From an uncultured Acidobacteriota bacterium (lineage in GTDB: Bacteria > Acidobacteriota > UBA6911): a DNA stretch of 64,000 nucleotides. The notes under the pieces were generated by a model, which was given only the letters and a program-made list of their open reading frames with translations, searched no databases and had not been told where the DNA came from. Positions 1-13,087 of this stretch are shown here, in pieces; position 1 is the stretch's first letter; each line of letters opens with the position of its first letter. A program made the position numbers and the translations under genes. The DNA is taken from positions 1 through 64,000 of the forward strand of contig CAWHCF010000025.1 in assembly GCA_963827655.1 (NCBI GenBank), read 5' to 3'.

Positions 1-87
1 CTTGTGGACAGCATGGACACAGGGCTCATCCCGCGCCCTGGCAGGGCGCATCGACCACGCTCATCCCCTCCCGGTGATTTCATCACC

Positions 88-250
88 GGCTAATGTCCTG
101 TGTCCCTCCGGGACAAAGGACCTCGTCTGAGGCCGCGGTAATGGCATTTTTTATCGACCAATCCTACCGTGAGCCAGTTAAGGACTAGAAGAGGTCCAGG
201 ACCTCTTCTGAACAGCAGAGTCTGTCCCGGAGGGACAGCGGACATTAGCC
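88..250. repeat. REP-like inverted repeat pair with internal perfect palindrome
   Basis: 88-115 GGCTAATGTCCTGTGTCCCTCCGGGACA matches the reverse complement of 223-250 at 26 of 28 positions. 187-209 AGAAGAGGTCC-A-GGACCTCTTCT is a perfect 11-bp palindrome. Confidence 0.75.
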
Positions 251-281
251 TGTGAAAGATGCCGGCTCAGAATCACTAGAA

Positions 282-3200
282 TTAAAACTCAAAACGCAGG
301 CCGAGCATGACTTCGCGCGGCCCGGCAAAATCGGACGTCGTGTAGCTCGCGGTGATCTTGGCCACTGATCCTGGATCGGAAATGTTCAGGGCCGGCTGAT
401 CAAAAGCCGGATGGTTCAAGACGTTGGTGGCGCTGCCCTGTATCCTCAGCCAACTCCGCTCGGTAATCCGAAAACGTTTGTAAAGCCCGAGATCGAGCAC
501 CGCCCGTCCTGGGCCAACCAGGATACCGTTGCCCGAGGTGCCGAACCGTCCGGAATTCGCCGGCGGCCGGACGAAAGCCGAAGGGTCAAACCACGAGTCG
601 ATGGATCGCTGGCCACTGGAGAAATTCCCGTCGGCAATGCGGTCGGGCCGCGCCGCCCACCGTATTCGTGTTGGACGGGTCCAGACCCGTAAACATCGGC
701 GTGAGGAACAACCCCGTCTGGGCAATCAAGGTCGTCGTTACCTCCCAGCCCCCCAGAACCTGGTTCAGCCAGCCTGATTGATTCAGGAAGCGCCGCCCGC
801 TGCCGATCGGCAAGTCCCAAATCAGATTGGCGATCAGGCGGTGGCGCGGCGTCCACATGAAATTCCCTCGCTCACACGCGCGACAGTATGTATTTTGAAT
901 CAAGGGACCCCGCTCCACATTCCCGGCATCGTCTGTATCGCCCAGGTTCTTGGCCCAGGTCCAGTTGGTTTGAAAGTACAGACCCTTGCCGCCCCTGCGT
1001 TCGAAGTCGATGGAAAGAGCGTTGTAGCTGGAGTTCCCGCCGTTATCGGTGAACTGGAGAGCGCTGTACTGAGGGTAAGGGCGGCGGCTGTTGTTAAAAG
1101 GCGTCGTGCTGGGGACGGGTTGGTTGAGGTTCCGCATGTAGGTCAGTTGAGTGCCTTTCGTCCCCAGGTAAGAGATGCGCAGTGAGCTGTCGAATCCCAT
1201 ATCCCGCTCGAGCGTGAGATTCCACTGCTGAAGGTAGGGATTGACGATATCTTTCGAAGTCGCGTTTATGCTGACAGTCCCGAGCGGCGACAGTTCCAGG
1301 AATGGCCGCTGCAGCGTCTGAACCGGCTGCCCGTTGACGATTCGGTTCGTGAATTGTTCATTGACCTGAAAAGGCCCGCTGGTGATCTGCTGGGCTGTGA
1401 TTCCGGACGAGAACGTGTCATAGAAGATACCGTAGCCCCCGCGGATTACGATGGAGTCGCCGGCGAAAGGCCGATAGGCAAATCCGAACCGGGGCGCAAT
1501 GTTGTTGTGGTCACGTTCCAGAAAACTGCGCGCCGGAAAACCCGCCTGTTGGGCAGTAAGGATAGTAATCGCGCCGGGGAAGGCGGGGGACACTTTGGCA
1601 CGGACCTCCTCGCTGGGGATCAGAACGCTGCCGGTAGCCGGATCGAAGCTCGCAAAGATGTCGTACTTGTCGACCTGAGGCTTGTACGTGTCGTAGCGGA
1701 TGCCCAGGTTCAGCGTGAGGTTGGGCGTGAATTTGAAATCATCCTGCAAGTAGCCGTTGAGCGAGTGGTACCGGACGTAGACCGTGTCGCGCTCGGTGGC
1801 GCGGAAGGTCTGTTGGGGGATCCCGAGCAGAAAATCGGCGTAGGCGAAACCTGAAAAAGCGTTGGTGAAGTCGTAACGGCCGAAATTCGGAAGGCGCCAG
1901 CTCGTGTAGCGCTGGGGCAGAAATTCTGCGCCGGTCTTGAAGCGTGTGCCGGCCCTTGATCCAGGTCACGCTGTCGGCGACGTGAAAGGTTTCCTCCACA
2001 TACTGGCTCATGGCTGGCGGTCGGCTGGGCAAAGCCCGTGATTCGAAGATCCGGTATGTTGGAATAGCCGGGCGTCCTGGGCAGTCCCTGAATGCCCAGC
2101 ATATCGACTAACTCCTGGCCGTCCAGCAGCGTGTTGTAGCCGTCCGAACGCCGTCGCGCATAGCCCGCCTTGAATTCATTGATCAGCTTGGGAGAGATAC
2201 TCCAGGTGTCGGAGAGAACAAAGTGTTTCCCGATGTTGTTTGGATATTGATAGCCGATGCGATCGGGCGGAAGCGCGCCCTGGATGACATTCCCGGGAGT
2301 GCTTTGAGCCATGAAGCGAAAGTACAAGCTGTTATTAGTGGTGACTTGATAGTCCAGCCGGGTCACCAGCTGGGGAACTTCACGAAATTGCGTAAAGCTG
2401 CCGCGAAAATTCCCGCTGGTGGAATTGACGGGACCATAATTCGGATCGGGATAGAACCGTTGCTGCCAGGCCAGCGATCCGGAGTTATGCAGGGCCGCCG
2501 GGATGATGTTGTCGTCAAAGTTCTGTCCCGTGTAGGGATCCCTGATTCGGATCGGGTTCTGGAGCGCCAGCAGGTCGGAGAAATCGCCCTGGCGCATCTT
2601 CAGAGTCGGCACGTTCGAGGTCAGCACCGCCGGCGACGTATCCCGGACATATTCGTACGAGACGAAGAAGAACGCCTTGTCGCGCAGGATCGGTCCGCCC
2701 AGGGACCCTCCGACCTGGTTGGACTGCGTAAACAGTTCCTCGTTGGTCTGCGGATCGAGAGGTCCCCGGGTCTCGGCAAAGAAGTCTCGAGCGGAGAGGG
2801 CGCTGTGGACGTTGTACCAGTAGAATGTCCCATTAAAATTGTTTCCGCCTGATTTGGTTACTGGCCGTCACGCTGCCGTTCTCCGCGAATTCCGCCTTGG
2901 CGTTGGCATACTGGAACCGAACCTCCTGAACCGCTTCCCTGGGCGGATTCAAGACGCCGGTCTGATTGGCGAAGGCGGGCGAGTTGGCGCTGATTCCATC
3001 CACATTGAAAGTAGTCGTGCTGGAGCGGCCTCCTCCAAAGGATCGGCGCGAGCCTTGACCCTGGGTCCCGGTCGGCGTCAGCCACGTCCAGGAATACAGC
3101 TGCGCTTGACCCCGAATCTGAGTCGGCAGGTCGCGCATCTGCGTCGAGGTCCTCGACTGGGCGATGATGGGAGTCTCCGGATCCACGACCGGCGCCCCGC

Positions 3201-3582
3201 TCTCGACCGTGACCTCGGTGGACAGTTCACCGATCTCGAGCCGGATGTCGATCCGTACCGTTTCAAGCGAACGCACATTAATTTCGTCGTGCACGAATTT
3301 CTTGAAACCGGACAGCTCGGCGCTGACCTGATAGATCCCCGGGTTCAGGTGAGTCACCTCGTAGTTGCCCCGGTCGTCCGACACGACCGTTCGTCGCACA
3401 TTGGTCGCCTGATTGGTGACCGTGACCGAGACTCCAGGGACGAATCCTCCGGCGGCATCTCTCACCGCGCCCCTTATCGTTCCGAAAGTCGCTTGCGCCG
3501 CCGACCACGGGACGGCCACCACAGTCAGGACTATGAGGACGGCGATATGCATGAACACTGTATTGCGACTTCCGTTGTTCAT
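282..3582 (-). CDS. Oar-type TonB-dependent receptor with carboxypeptidase-regulatory-like N-domain; split by several frameshifts
   Basis: ATG at 3582 after GGAGGG. Signal peptide, then GTIRGAVRDAAGG..GNYEV, QDDFKFTPNLTLNLGIRYD, NNIAPRFGFAY and C-terminal REVMLGLRFEF, spread over ORFs 2833-3816, 1710-2627, 586-1749 and 282-725. Confidence 0.88.
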
Positions 3583-4042
3583 CGGATTTCCCTCCCGTAG
3601 TCGGGCGTTTGGTTTGTGCGGCTTTGAGGCCTTTGCGGCATTCACCACCAAGCCTCGTAGCCGAAAAGATCGCAAAAAACTTTGCAGAGACTCGGTGCGT
3701 TTTTTTAGCATACCACTATGGAGATAGGGAGAAGAAAAACGCGAGAGTGCGGTAATCAACGCGAACCTCAGGGCGGCTGCGAGATCGGATGTTAGACGCG
3801 GCGCATTCTGTAGCATCCGACGATGTTCAGAACCGGGAGCGGTAGCGACCGGGGTAACGTCGGACTACCCCGCTCGTGGGCGCGGCATCCAGAGTTGATG
3901 AGGCAGGTGACGCAAGCGGCGTGAACGCGCGATCAGTAGCGAGCAACGCGAGCGAAGCTGGAGGTTCGACTTGTTTGCTCGCGTCTGCGTGATAACGGAT
4001 GCCCGCCGAACAACCAACATGAATAGTTGGAAAGCTTCGGTT

Positions 4043-4612
4043 TCACTGGCGCAGTTGGAGGTCGGTTATAAGGACGACGTCACTGATTTCTGCGCCGCGC
4101 ACCAGGGCCAAGTTCTTTTCCATCCGCTGACCAATCGAACGAGAAGATTCGATCCGATTTGAAATCGGTGATCTGTTTGCTTTTGCCGCCGTCAAGCGGC
4201 CGGCTCCAGATGTTAGAAACGCCGTCGCGGGTCCCGATGTAGAGCACCGCACGGCCGTCGCCACTCCAGCGGAGATAATTGGGCATAGGCTCCGGTGGCC
4301 GCGCGAATCGCTCCATTTCAAAGGCTTGGAGCGGGCGGTCGCCGCCTTCGGAACGAAAAATTCCGATCTTCATTCTTGATGCGGCGGCCCTCCTGGGTCC
4401 CGGTACCAACAGGCGATCAGCCCGTCACGGGAGATCGCCGCTCCCCTTGTCCGGGCGGTCAATTGCACCGGCTCGCCTCCATCGATCGGCACCTTCCACA
4501 GCTTGTTCGGTAGCCCAAGAAACGTGTAGACCACCCACTTACTGTCCGGCGAACAGTATGGCATCCCGTCGGCCTTTCCGCTTGTCAGTTGTCTCAGATT
4601 GCCGCCGGCGAT
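4043..4612 (-). pseudogene. C-terminal PD40/TolB-like beta-propeller fragment (typical of acidobacterial kinase/wHTH-PD40 proteins); 5'-truncated and frameshifted
   Basis: PYCSPDSKWVVY, LWKVPIDGGEPVQLT, SNIWSRPLDGGKSKQITDFKSDRIFSFDWSADGK in successive frames. No start region before the sequence switches at about 4612. Confidence 0.7.
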
Positions 4613-5775
4613 AGGTGGTCGCCATATCCCCGGACGGCCAGCGCGTCGTGAGCGTCGGCGAGGACGGAGAAGCCGTCGTGTGGACGGCCGGCCGCAACGC
4701 GGTCGTCAGGCTCGACGGCAAGCTGCAGACATGGAGCCCGCCGTCTTCTCCGCCGATGGCACGCGCCTGCTCGCGGCCTGCGAAGGAAACGTCGCCCGCA
4801 TGTGGAACGCCGACACGGGCGTGACGGTGACCGAGTATCGGGGCCATGAGGACACGGTCAGGTCCGCCGCCCTGTCTCCGGACGGCGCGCTGGTCGCCAC
4901 GGGCGGCGAAGATCGGACCGTGCGGCTCTGGGACGCCGCGACCGGCGTGCTGCGACACCTGCTCCCCGGGCACACCGCGCGGATCGGGACGGTGCAGTTC
5001 TCGCCCGACGGCACGCGAATCGTCAGTTCGGGCGTCGGTGTTGACGACAAGGACGACAATCGGGCACTGATATGGTCGCCGGCCGGCGTCCTGTTGACGC
5101 CACTCGCGGGAACCGTGCAGGAGATCGAGCCGGGCGCGTTTTCTCCAGACGGCCGCATGATCGTGGGTGAAGGCGAGGGCGGCAAGGCGACGATTTGGGA
5201 AACGCGATCCGGCGCCGTCCAAAGCGAGTTCCCGGCGACGCGCTTCCTGGGTATCCACGCCACCTTCTCACCGGATGGCCGCCGAATCGTCACGACCGAG
5301 GATGACGGAGCGGTCCGGCTCTGGGATCCGCGAAAGGGTCGGAAGCTCGGACCAGCTGAAGACGTTCCGCGCCGACTCGGGCGAGGCCGAGGAGGCCCGA
5401 TTCTCGCCCGATGGGATGCGTCTTATCTCCTATGGAGCGGCGCAGGATCTGCGGCTTTGGGATGTGACGTCCGGCAAACTGCTGGTCACCTTCGCCGGCC
5501 AGCGCAATGGCGAAGGCCAAGCGGCGTTCATGCCCGACGGCCTGCGCTTCGTCGCGGCGAGTGGCAGCCGCCTCAACGTCTATCCCGCCACCGTCGAGCA
5601 GTTCCTCGTTCGCGGTTGCAATATGCTGCGCCACCGAAGCGAATTCGAGCAGTTGCAGCGGTGTGTCCTGCGGCGACCGGCGGCAAGTAACTGGCCTCCT
5701 GCGGTGGGCCGTCACTCCTTGCGTTTGGTAATCCCAAACTCTCTACCGAAACAATCCCAGACACCATCGCGATAA
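4613..5775 (+). pseudogene. WD40-repeat protein, C-terminal part; 5'-truncated and frameshifted
   Basis: Repeats GHEDTVRSAALSPDGALVATGGEDRTVRLWD, GHTARIGTVQFSPDG, ATFSPDGRRIVT and ARFSPDGMRLI. Visibly higher GC than the flanks. Confidence 0.8.
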
Positions 5776-5821
5776 AAACACTTATCTATCACCTATCTAT
5801 CGATAAAAACACTCATCTATC
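5771..5821. promoter_or_regulatory. Direct repeat GATAAAAACACT(T/C)ATCTATC x2, candidate operator
   Basis: Copies at 5771-5790 and 5802-5821 (19/20 identical) with a partial third ATCTATC between them, immediately upstream of an AAGGAG RBS. Confidence 0.4.
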
Positions 5822-5838
5822 GGCAGAAGGAGAGAACG

Positions 5839-6248
5839 TTGTCCTACATCGTTGGATACGGCTCGTTGATCGAACAGGGATCGCGCATGAGGACCACGCC
5901 GACGGCTTGTCTGTATTGCCGGCCTGGGTTCCCGGGTTTGCCCGCGGTTGGTGGGCTCGCACAGGCGCCATTGGTTTCACCGCCTCGTTTGTCGGAGCCA
6001 TCGATGAGACGTCGAGTTTCGTGAACGGAGTCGTCTACGCGGTGAGCGACGAGGAGTTGGACGCCACCGACAAGCGCGAACAAGGTTATGAGAGGATGGA
6101 CGTCACCAACGACATTAAGATCCTCGGCGGCTCCAAGCAGAACGGCAGAGTTTGGATCTACGTCAACGAAGGGACCATTCTTAGGCCCAGAATTGAATGC
6201 TCCATAGGTCAGGGTCAGTCAATTCGCTGTGGTGACGAGCGTAGATAG
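5839..6248 (+). pseudogene. Gamma-glutamylcyclotransferase-like protein; frameshifted and probably 3'-truncated
   Basis: YIVGYGSLI motif, then VNGVVYAVSDEELDATDKREQGYER in a second frame. Similarity stops after VWIYVN at about 6170. Confidence 0.7.
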
Positions 6249-6388
6249 CGAAATCCAGACTGCGCATCTCCCAACGGTTTCCAGAACGTGCCGATCAACA
6301 TCCTTGATGAGATAGCCCTTCAGGGGACTATCGGGCCCCTGGAAGTCGCTCCCGGAGCCCGTTGCAAAACTATTCGGAATTAGTAAGC

Positions 6389-8044
<1,656 letters not shown>

Positions 8045-8062
8045 TTACAATAGCGGTGGTTG

Positions 8063-8371
8063 TCAGGATGCCATCTTGGATGCCGTCTCAAAAACAGCCA
8101 GAATCTCCTCTTCGCGCATGATCACGTAATCCTGTTCGTCAACTTTGATCTCCGTGCCGGCATATTTGCCGAAGAGGATCCGATCGCCCGCCTTGACATC
8201 CAGAGGGGCCCGCTTTCCATCGTCAGTCATCTTTCCCGGGCCGACCGCCACCACCTTGCCTTCCATCGGCTTCTCTCTTGCGGTATCCGGTATGATGATC
8301 CCACCCTTTGCAGCTTTCTCTTCCTCGAGCCGCTTGATGAGGACGCGGTCATGCAGAGGTCTCACTTTCAT
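8063..8371 (-). CDS. groS: Co-chaperonin GroES
   Basis: [34 protein letters not shown]; ATG at 8371 after AAGGAG. Confidence 0.98.
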   Translation of the reverse strand: MKVRPLHDRVLIKRLEEEKAAKGGIIIPDTAREKPMEGKVVAVGPGKMTDDGKRAPLDVKAGDRILFGKYAGTEIKVDEQDYVIMREEEILAVFETASKMAS

Positions 8372-8520
8372 AGTCTTTACTCTCCTTTGAAAAAGTGTTT
8401 CTGGAAACGCGCAGCAAGTATTCCCAGCAAGTTGGTCAATGATTGAAACGAACATCTCGGGCGCCCGGGCTTAAGCCGAGGAACACGGGGTGCGGGTAGT
8501 CTGATGACTTAAGTAAGCTC

Positions 8521-8847
8521 TCAGCCGTGCGCGGCGGAAGAGAACGGTGACAGCTTCGTCCAGCAGTAGCCGCAGAGCGTAGCCGTAAGCATCCCGATGT
8601 GCTTGCAGACCGGGCATTCACGGACTTCGGGGGCTGGACCCAACGCCAGGAGCTTCACCAGTTCGGCCCAAGATACGATCAGGCCGTCTGTTGCCCCGGT
8701 GGTCGCCGACCCCGGAAGGCGCGACATCTCACGATCGATCGTTGCGACGATTGCACGGAGACGAGCGCGCTCGTCATCTGGAAGTTTAAATTGTTGACCG
8801 TTCATAGCAACCCTCCGTTCACAGAAGACGAAGGGTGACTCCGCCAT
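8521..8847 (-). CDS. Small hypothetical protein with C-terminal zinc ribbon
   Basis: ECPVC-x10-CGYCW; co-oriented with groES. Confidence 0.7.
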   Translation of the reverse strand: MAESPFVFCERRVAMNGQQFKLPDDERARLRAIVATIDREMSRLPGSATTGATDGLIVSWAELVKLLALGPAPEVRECPVCKHIGMLTATLCGYCWTKLSPFSSAAHG

Positions 8848-8968
8848 CTGTCTTCACACAGTGACAAGTTTAGGCTCTCGTCTATCATTCGATAATCCAG
8901 GCCCCCCACCGCTATCAGCAGCCGCGGAATCATTCTGAAAAGGCTCCCTGTCGCGGAGCTCCTGCGTG

Positions 8969-9658
8969 TTAAGGGCGAAAGGTCGCTTTGTTCGCTAGCC
9001 TGGCCTTCTCTTGCGCGATGCGGTTCTCCTCATCTTGCTTCTTTTTACGTTCGAGTTCTCGTTCGGGAGCCTCTTGAATGTCCAGCCGGAGAGCTTCGAC
9101 AACAGCGGCCCGAGCCAGGGCGTCCAGCCGTTTGGAAAAGACCAGGATTCCAAGAGTCTGGGAGTAGGAACGGAAGAGGTTGAACGAGTACTGCGCATCT
9201 TCCCAACAGGCTATGACATTTTCTGTGTTGTTGTAGACCACGGACGAAGAAAAAGAGATGGTTTTCGCAGTAGGCCTCGTTGCAGGTCCGTACTTTGCCG
9301 AAAGAGCCTCGATCATGTCCTCATCCGTCAGCCCCTCGGTCCTATAACGATCGTAAGTGACCACTATGCGAAAAAGCTCGTCGCTGTAAAAGCTGAGGAG
9401 GAGTTCTCTAACCGGGTCCGTTTTAAGCGAGGGATCGCCGAGGAAGTGTTGGGGCCTCCACTCGAGTTCTTGAATCAGAGCCGGACGCTGGTGGATCGTC
9501 CTCGCCTCAGACGCTTTTATGCCTGTCTGTTGCGCTGCCGAGAGCAGGTTCATTCCAAATTGAAGCTTCCGGTACTGGGATAAATCTTGCGCACAGATCA
9601 AAGGGGTCGAAAGCACGACCCAAGAAATTGCAATTGCAAGGCTGCGAGCGCTGATCAT
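8969..9658 (-). CDS. Exported hypothetical protein
   Basis: 229-aa ORF with signal peptide, AGGAGG RBS and coiled-coil C-terminus. Confidence 0.75.
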   Translation of the reverse strand: MISARSLAIAISWVVLSTPLICAQDLSQYRKLQFGMNLLSAAQQTGIKASEARTIHQRPALIQELEWRPQHFLGDPSLKTDPVRELLLSFYSDELFRIVVTYDRYRTEGLTDEDMIEALSAKYGPATRPTAKTISFSSSVVYNNTENVIACWEDAQYSFNLFRSYSQTLGILVFSKRLDALARAAVVEALRLDIQEAPERELERKKKQDEENRIAQEKARLANKATFRP

Positions 9659-9690
9659 TGGGGTCCTCCTTAGGGGACTTCACTCATACT

Positions 9691-10692
9691 TTATGATTTA
9701 CCTGGCGCGTTCAAGCCGATTGGGCCAGCCGTACTGATCCAGTCAGCCTCGACCGCGAACAATGCGATGGTGTTTCTCTTTACTTGGACGGGGCCCTTGC
9801 TTGAAGACCCGTCAGCAACGAGTTCGCTGATCTTGTATTTCACGTCGCGCGAAACCATCGTGTATTGGCCGAGTATCCGGACCTTGGCGGTGGATTCCGA
9901 AGCCGTCTGCAGCCACATTCCGCTGACATCGCCGTAGAGAAGCGCGATGCGCACGTCCCGCAGCCACCATGAGGTCCTCTTCGCAGGCTCGCCCTCGGTG
10001 CGGTGTGGCAGGTAGGTATTGGCATCGACCCAGATGTTCCCGCGGAGCAGATTCTTGTCTCTGCGCCTGGGAAGCAGCTCAAGCACGTAGCTGCGTTGGC
10101 CACTTACATCTTCCTCGCGGATGAAACGGAAATCATAATTGTCCGGCGAGATGTCGGTCGAGCTGTAATCTTTTGTAACTTCCACTTCGCTTTCCAGCAT
10201 TCGGCGAACGATTTTTTCTCCCAGTCCAGCGCCGCTGGTCTGCTGGATGGCGTACTTTTTGAAGTCCGGGGGATCGAAGATGATATCGGCAGTCACCTGA
10301 GACTCGGTTTTCTGTCTTTCTTTGCCAAACAGCTTGTAGTCGCGCGTGACGACGTAAGAACGAAAGCGGGTCCGGTTGTCAGCCCGCGCCTGCGCCATGC
10401 GGGCAATGATGGTTTCCACGGTTGGGACTGTGCTCTCGGTCTGAGCCGATGCGCATCCCACCACGGCGACTAGAAAAAGCAAGCACAAGGTTTGTTGCCG
10501 CACAGTCACGTAGAAAAACCGCCATCCCGTTTCGAGGATTCCTGCGGTTAGAAAGCGAGCCCTATTCGAATGGCTCGCGATTAACCCAAAGTTTTGATGG
10601 TTGCGGAGGATTCTCATATGCGTTGGCAACCTCTTTTCTCTTTGGCGGACAAGAAAGAGGGCGGATTGACCGCCCCACCGAGCAAATACCAA
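9691..10692 (-). CDS. Exported LolA/MucB-like (outer-membrane lipoprotein-sorting fold) protein; true start probably near 10510
   Basis: Signal-like TLCLLFLVAVVGCASAQ; NYDFRFIREE..YVLELLPRR..LLRGNIWVDA. Confidence 0.6.
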   Translation of the reverse strand: MVFARWGGQSALFLVRQREKRLPTHMRILRNHQNFGLIASHSNRARFLTAGILETGWRFFYVTVRQQTLCLLFLVAVVGCASAQTESTVPTVETIIARMAQARADNRTRFRSYVVTRDYKLFGKERQKTESQVTADIIFDPPDFKKYAIQQTSGAGLGEKIVRRMLESEVEVTKDYSSTDISPDNYDFRFIREEDVSGQRSYVLELLPRRRDKNLLRGNIWVDANTYLPHRTEGEPAKRTSWWLRDVRIALLYGDVSGMWLQTASESTAKVRILGQYTMVSRDVKYKISELVADGSSSKGPVQVKRNTIALFAVEADWISTAGPIGLNAPGKS

Positions 10693-10697
10693 TGGCT

Positions 10698-11021
10698 TCA
10701 GGCTGCGCGTGCCGCGATCTTGTGGAAGGTCGAGTTGGAAACTTCATAGGTTTGAACCTGAGGAGTTCCCTCAACCACTTTCGCCAAGCCTCTCAGTACT
10801 TCTGGATAGGTTCCGCGGTTATAGGCTTCTGCGTCCTCTTTTTGATCCCACAAACTGATTGCCACCGCTTCTGTTCCGCCTGGTACGACGAAGGTGATTT
10901 CGTCCTGGAAGCCTTTCTGTTTTCGAAGCAAGGGAATGATTTCTTTCTCGATTGTCCGGGTAAACTCTGCAACGCTATTGGGCTTCAGATGCAAGTAAAC
11001 ACTTCGAGCAAACATAGGCAA
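10698..11021 (-). CDS. Antibiotic biosynthesis monooxygenase-like (dimeric alpha-beta barrel) protein
   Basis: MFARSVYLHLKP..LRKQKGF..AISLWD pattern; GGAGG RBS. Confidence 0.7.
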   Translation of the reverse strand: MPMFARSVYLHLKPNSVAEFTRTIEKEIIPLLRKQKGFQDEITFVVPGGTEAVAISLWDQKEDAEAYNRGTYPEVLRGLAKVVEGTPQVQTYEVSNSTFHKIAARAA

Positions 11022-11116
11022 CCTCCCTGGTTGTCGTCTAAGAAGGTTTGATTTCAGATAACCCGACTTAGTTCAGGTGATCCGAAGAGTTCCTGGTTGA
11101 ACTGATCTAGTTAATC

Positions 11117-11150
11117 AAAATAGGTTAATTAACTTTACTTGTCAAGTTAA
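11117..11150 (-). promoter_or_regulatory. Sigma70-type promoter overlapped by a palindromic operator
   Basis: On the minus strand TTGACA (11140-11145), 17 nt, TATTTT. Inverted repeat TTAACTT-N8-AAGTTAA (11129-11150) covers the -35 box. AT-rich divergent intergenic region. Confidence 0.6.
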
Positions 11151-11214
11151 ATCTGGCAATATTCCAGAATTCAGGATGGGTTAATGAAAAGAAGTTAAGC
11201 GACGGAGGAGTCCA

Positions 11215-12072
11215 GTGGATGTTTCCTTAGTGATCAAGCACCGGCTGGAAGATTTGGGTTTCGAGCAGCGGGATCTGGCAAGGGCCGCCGAAGTTACGGA
11301 GTCCTATATTTCGCAGTTGTTGAGTCGAAAGAAAGCGCCCCCGGCGCCTAATCGAACCGATATTTATGACAGGATGGGAAGATTCTTGAAGCTTCCGAAC
11401 GGTGAGCTGGCGAAGCTGGCTGACCTGCAGCGCCAGGAAGAATTAAAGAGAAAATTGGCAGATCCGCCCGCGCCGTTGTTTAGAGAAGTTCGAGAATTGG
11501 TTCTTCGCAAATGCAAACCGGACAAACAGAAACAAATACGGGCGATTTTTGAGAAGCAGCCCTTCGGCGAACTTGAACGCCTGGTCACCCAGAAGCTTTT
11601 AGACGTGGTCAAGCGACTGGCCAAAGAGGAATTGGAAAGTGAAAACTGGCTCCGATTGCTGGCCAGACTCAGCGACCGAAGCTACGAGCAGATGCGGGTC
11701 GCCATTCTCGAGTTCCTGGACACGGATGTCTTCGACGTGTCGCTTGAAAGCTGCGTGTCCTTTTTGGATCCGCTGATCGAATCCTGGGACATCGACCTTG
11801 CGACTTTCGGTGTGGAACTGGTCTTAAGCCGGAGAATGGCCCCAGGGCACCCTAAGAGATTTGAGTTTGTTGAAAAGGAACCCGAACCGGCTTTCGACCA
11901 AGAGCCGGGTCTCACAGAATTCCTTCAAGATGCTTCCCTCAGCGGCAATGCGACTGAGGAGGAAATCGAGTTCCTAAAAAAGCTAAGGTTCAAGAGAAAA
12001 CGACCCACTCCACTCTACTATTACCGGGAGTTGCAAAACTTCAGAGACCCCCTCCATTTTCGCACCCCGTAG
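11215..12072 (+). CDS. XRE-family helix-turn-helix regulator with long C-terminal domain
   Basis: QRDLARAAEVTESYISQLLSRKK HTH; GGAGGAG RBS and GTG start. Confidence 0.85.
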   Translation: MDVSLVIKHRLEDLGFEQRDLARAAEVTESYISQLLSRKKAPPAPNRTDIYDRMGRFLKLPNGELAKLADLQRQEELKRKLADPPAPLFREVRELVLRKCKPDKQKQIRAIFEKQPFGELERLVTQKLLDVVKRLAKEELESENWLRLLARLSDRSYEQMRVAILEFLDTDVFDVSLESCVSFLDPLIESWDIDLATFGVELVLSRRMAPGHPKRFEFVEKEPEPAFDQEPGLTEFLQDASLSGNATEEEIEFLKKLRFKRKRPTPLYYYRELQNFRDPLHFRTP

Positions 12073-12247
12073 CCGAATAGGAGAGTGCGTCACTGGAATG
12101 AACCTGGCGCGGATGTGTATCGGGCTCGGTATGGAGAGGTCAGTTACCCAGAAAGCGACGCGAAGAGGTTCTTCTGCAACGGTTACTTGTGGAACACGCT
12201 GACAGGCCGTCAAGATCAAGACGCCCCAAAGCTGCGAAGGAGCTAGC

Positions 12248-13087
12248 ATGAGCCAGACTGCCGCTCAGGAGATTCGACCCTGGGAACGGCCCTTTTGGAA
12301 ACCTGCCCGAGGCCGCGCGGGGGTTTTTTCTTATCTTGTCTTGATACACGTACTGGCTGTCATCGGGCTGATTCTTTTCCCGCTCCCCAGCTTATCGATC
12401 CTGAGCTTGACCCTCGTTTTCACGGCTCTCGGTGGTTTCGGCACGACGGTCTGTTACCATCGGATGCTGGCGCACCGCACCCTCAAGCTGAACAAGATCA
12501 TCGAACACTTGCTGGTTTTCTGGGCCATGTTCAACGGCTCAGGGGCTCCGGCAAGTTGGGTCGCCTACCACCGGCTCCATCATTCACGCACCGATACGCC
12601 CGAGGACGTTTCCAGCCCCAAGCAAGGGGGCTTCTGGTGGGCTCACCTGCGCTGGCTCTACCAGTCAGCTCCGGCAGATCCGCAGAGGTGGTGTCCGGAG
12701 CTGGATCACGGGGCGTACAAGGTTTGGACCCTTGCGCAAGCCCCGGTGATCTTGCTGTCTCTGTTCGGCGGCCTCGCGCTAGGCTGGCAGGGCTTCTTCT
12801 GGGTGGGCGCTATTCGTCTGGTCTATTCGCTGCACATGCAGTGTCTGGTGAACAGTCTCACGCACCTCGGTCACTGCGAGGAGGGAGACTCCAGCCAGAA
12901 CGTCTGGTGGCTGGGACCATTACAATTGACGGCCTGGGGCGAAAACTGGCACAGGAATCACCACTCCAACGCAGGCTCGGCGCGCCTCGGGCTGCGCTGG
13001 TGGCAGACCGACATCGGCTGGTACTTCATCTGCGCCCTGGAGGCAGTGGGGTTAGCCAGCGGCGTCAAGCGCCCCAGAGTACGCTGA
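12248..13087 (+). CDS. Delta-9-type acyl-CoA/fatty acid desaturase
   Basis: His boxes HRMLAH, HRLHH and WHRNHH; hydrophobic segments. Confidence 0.92.
   Translation: MSQTAAQEIRPWERPFWKPARGRAGVFSYLVLIHVLAVIGLILFPLPSLSILSLTLVFTALGGFGTTVCYHRMLAHRTLKLNKIIEHLLVFWAMFNGSGAPASWVAYHRLHHSRTDTPEDVSSPKQGGFWWAHLRWLYQSAPADPQRWCPELDHGAYKVWTLAQAPVILLSLFGGLALGWQGFFWVGAIRLVYSLHMQCLVNSLTHLGHCEEGDSSQNVWWLGPLQLTAWGENWHRNHHSNAGSARLGLRWWQTDIGWYFICALEAVGLASGVKRPRVR

Noticed and set aside
8372-8520. CIRCE element before groES
   Set aside because: No TTAGCACTC-N9-GAGTGCTAA sequence is present.
12131-12202. 23-codon ORF upstream of the desaturase
   Set aside because: It has no clear RBS, codon run or attenuator structure.
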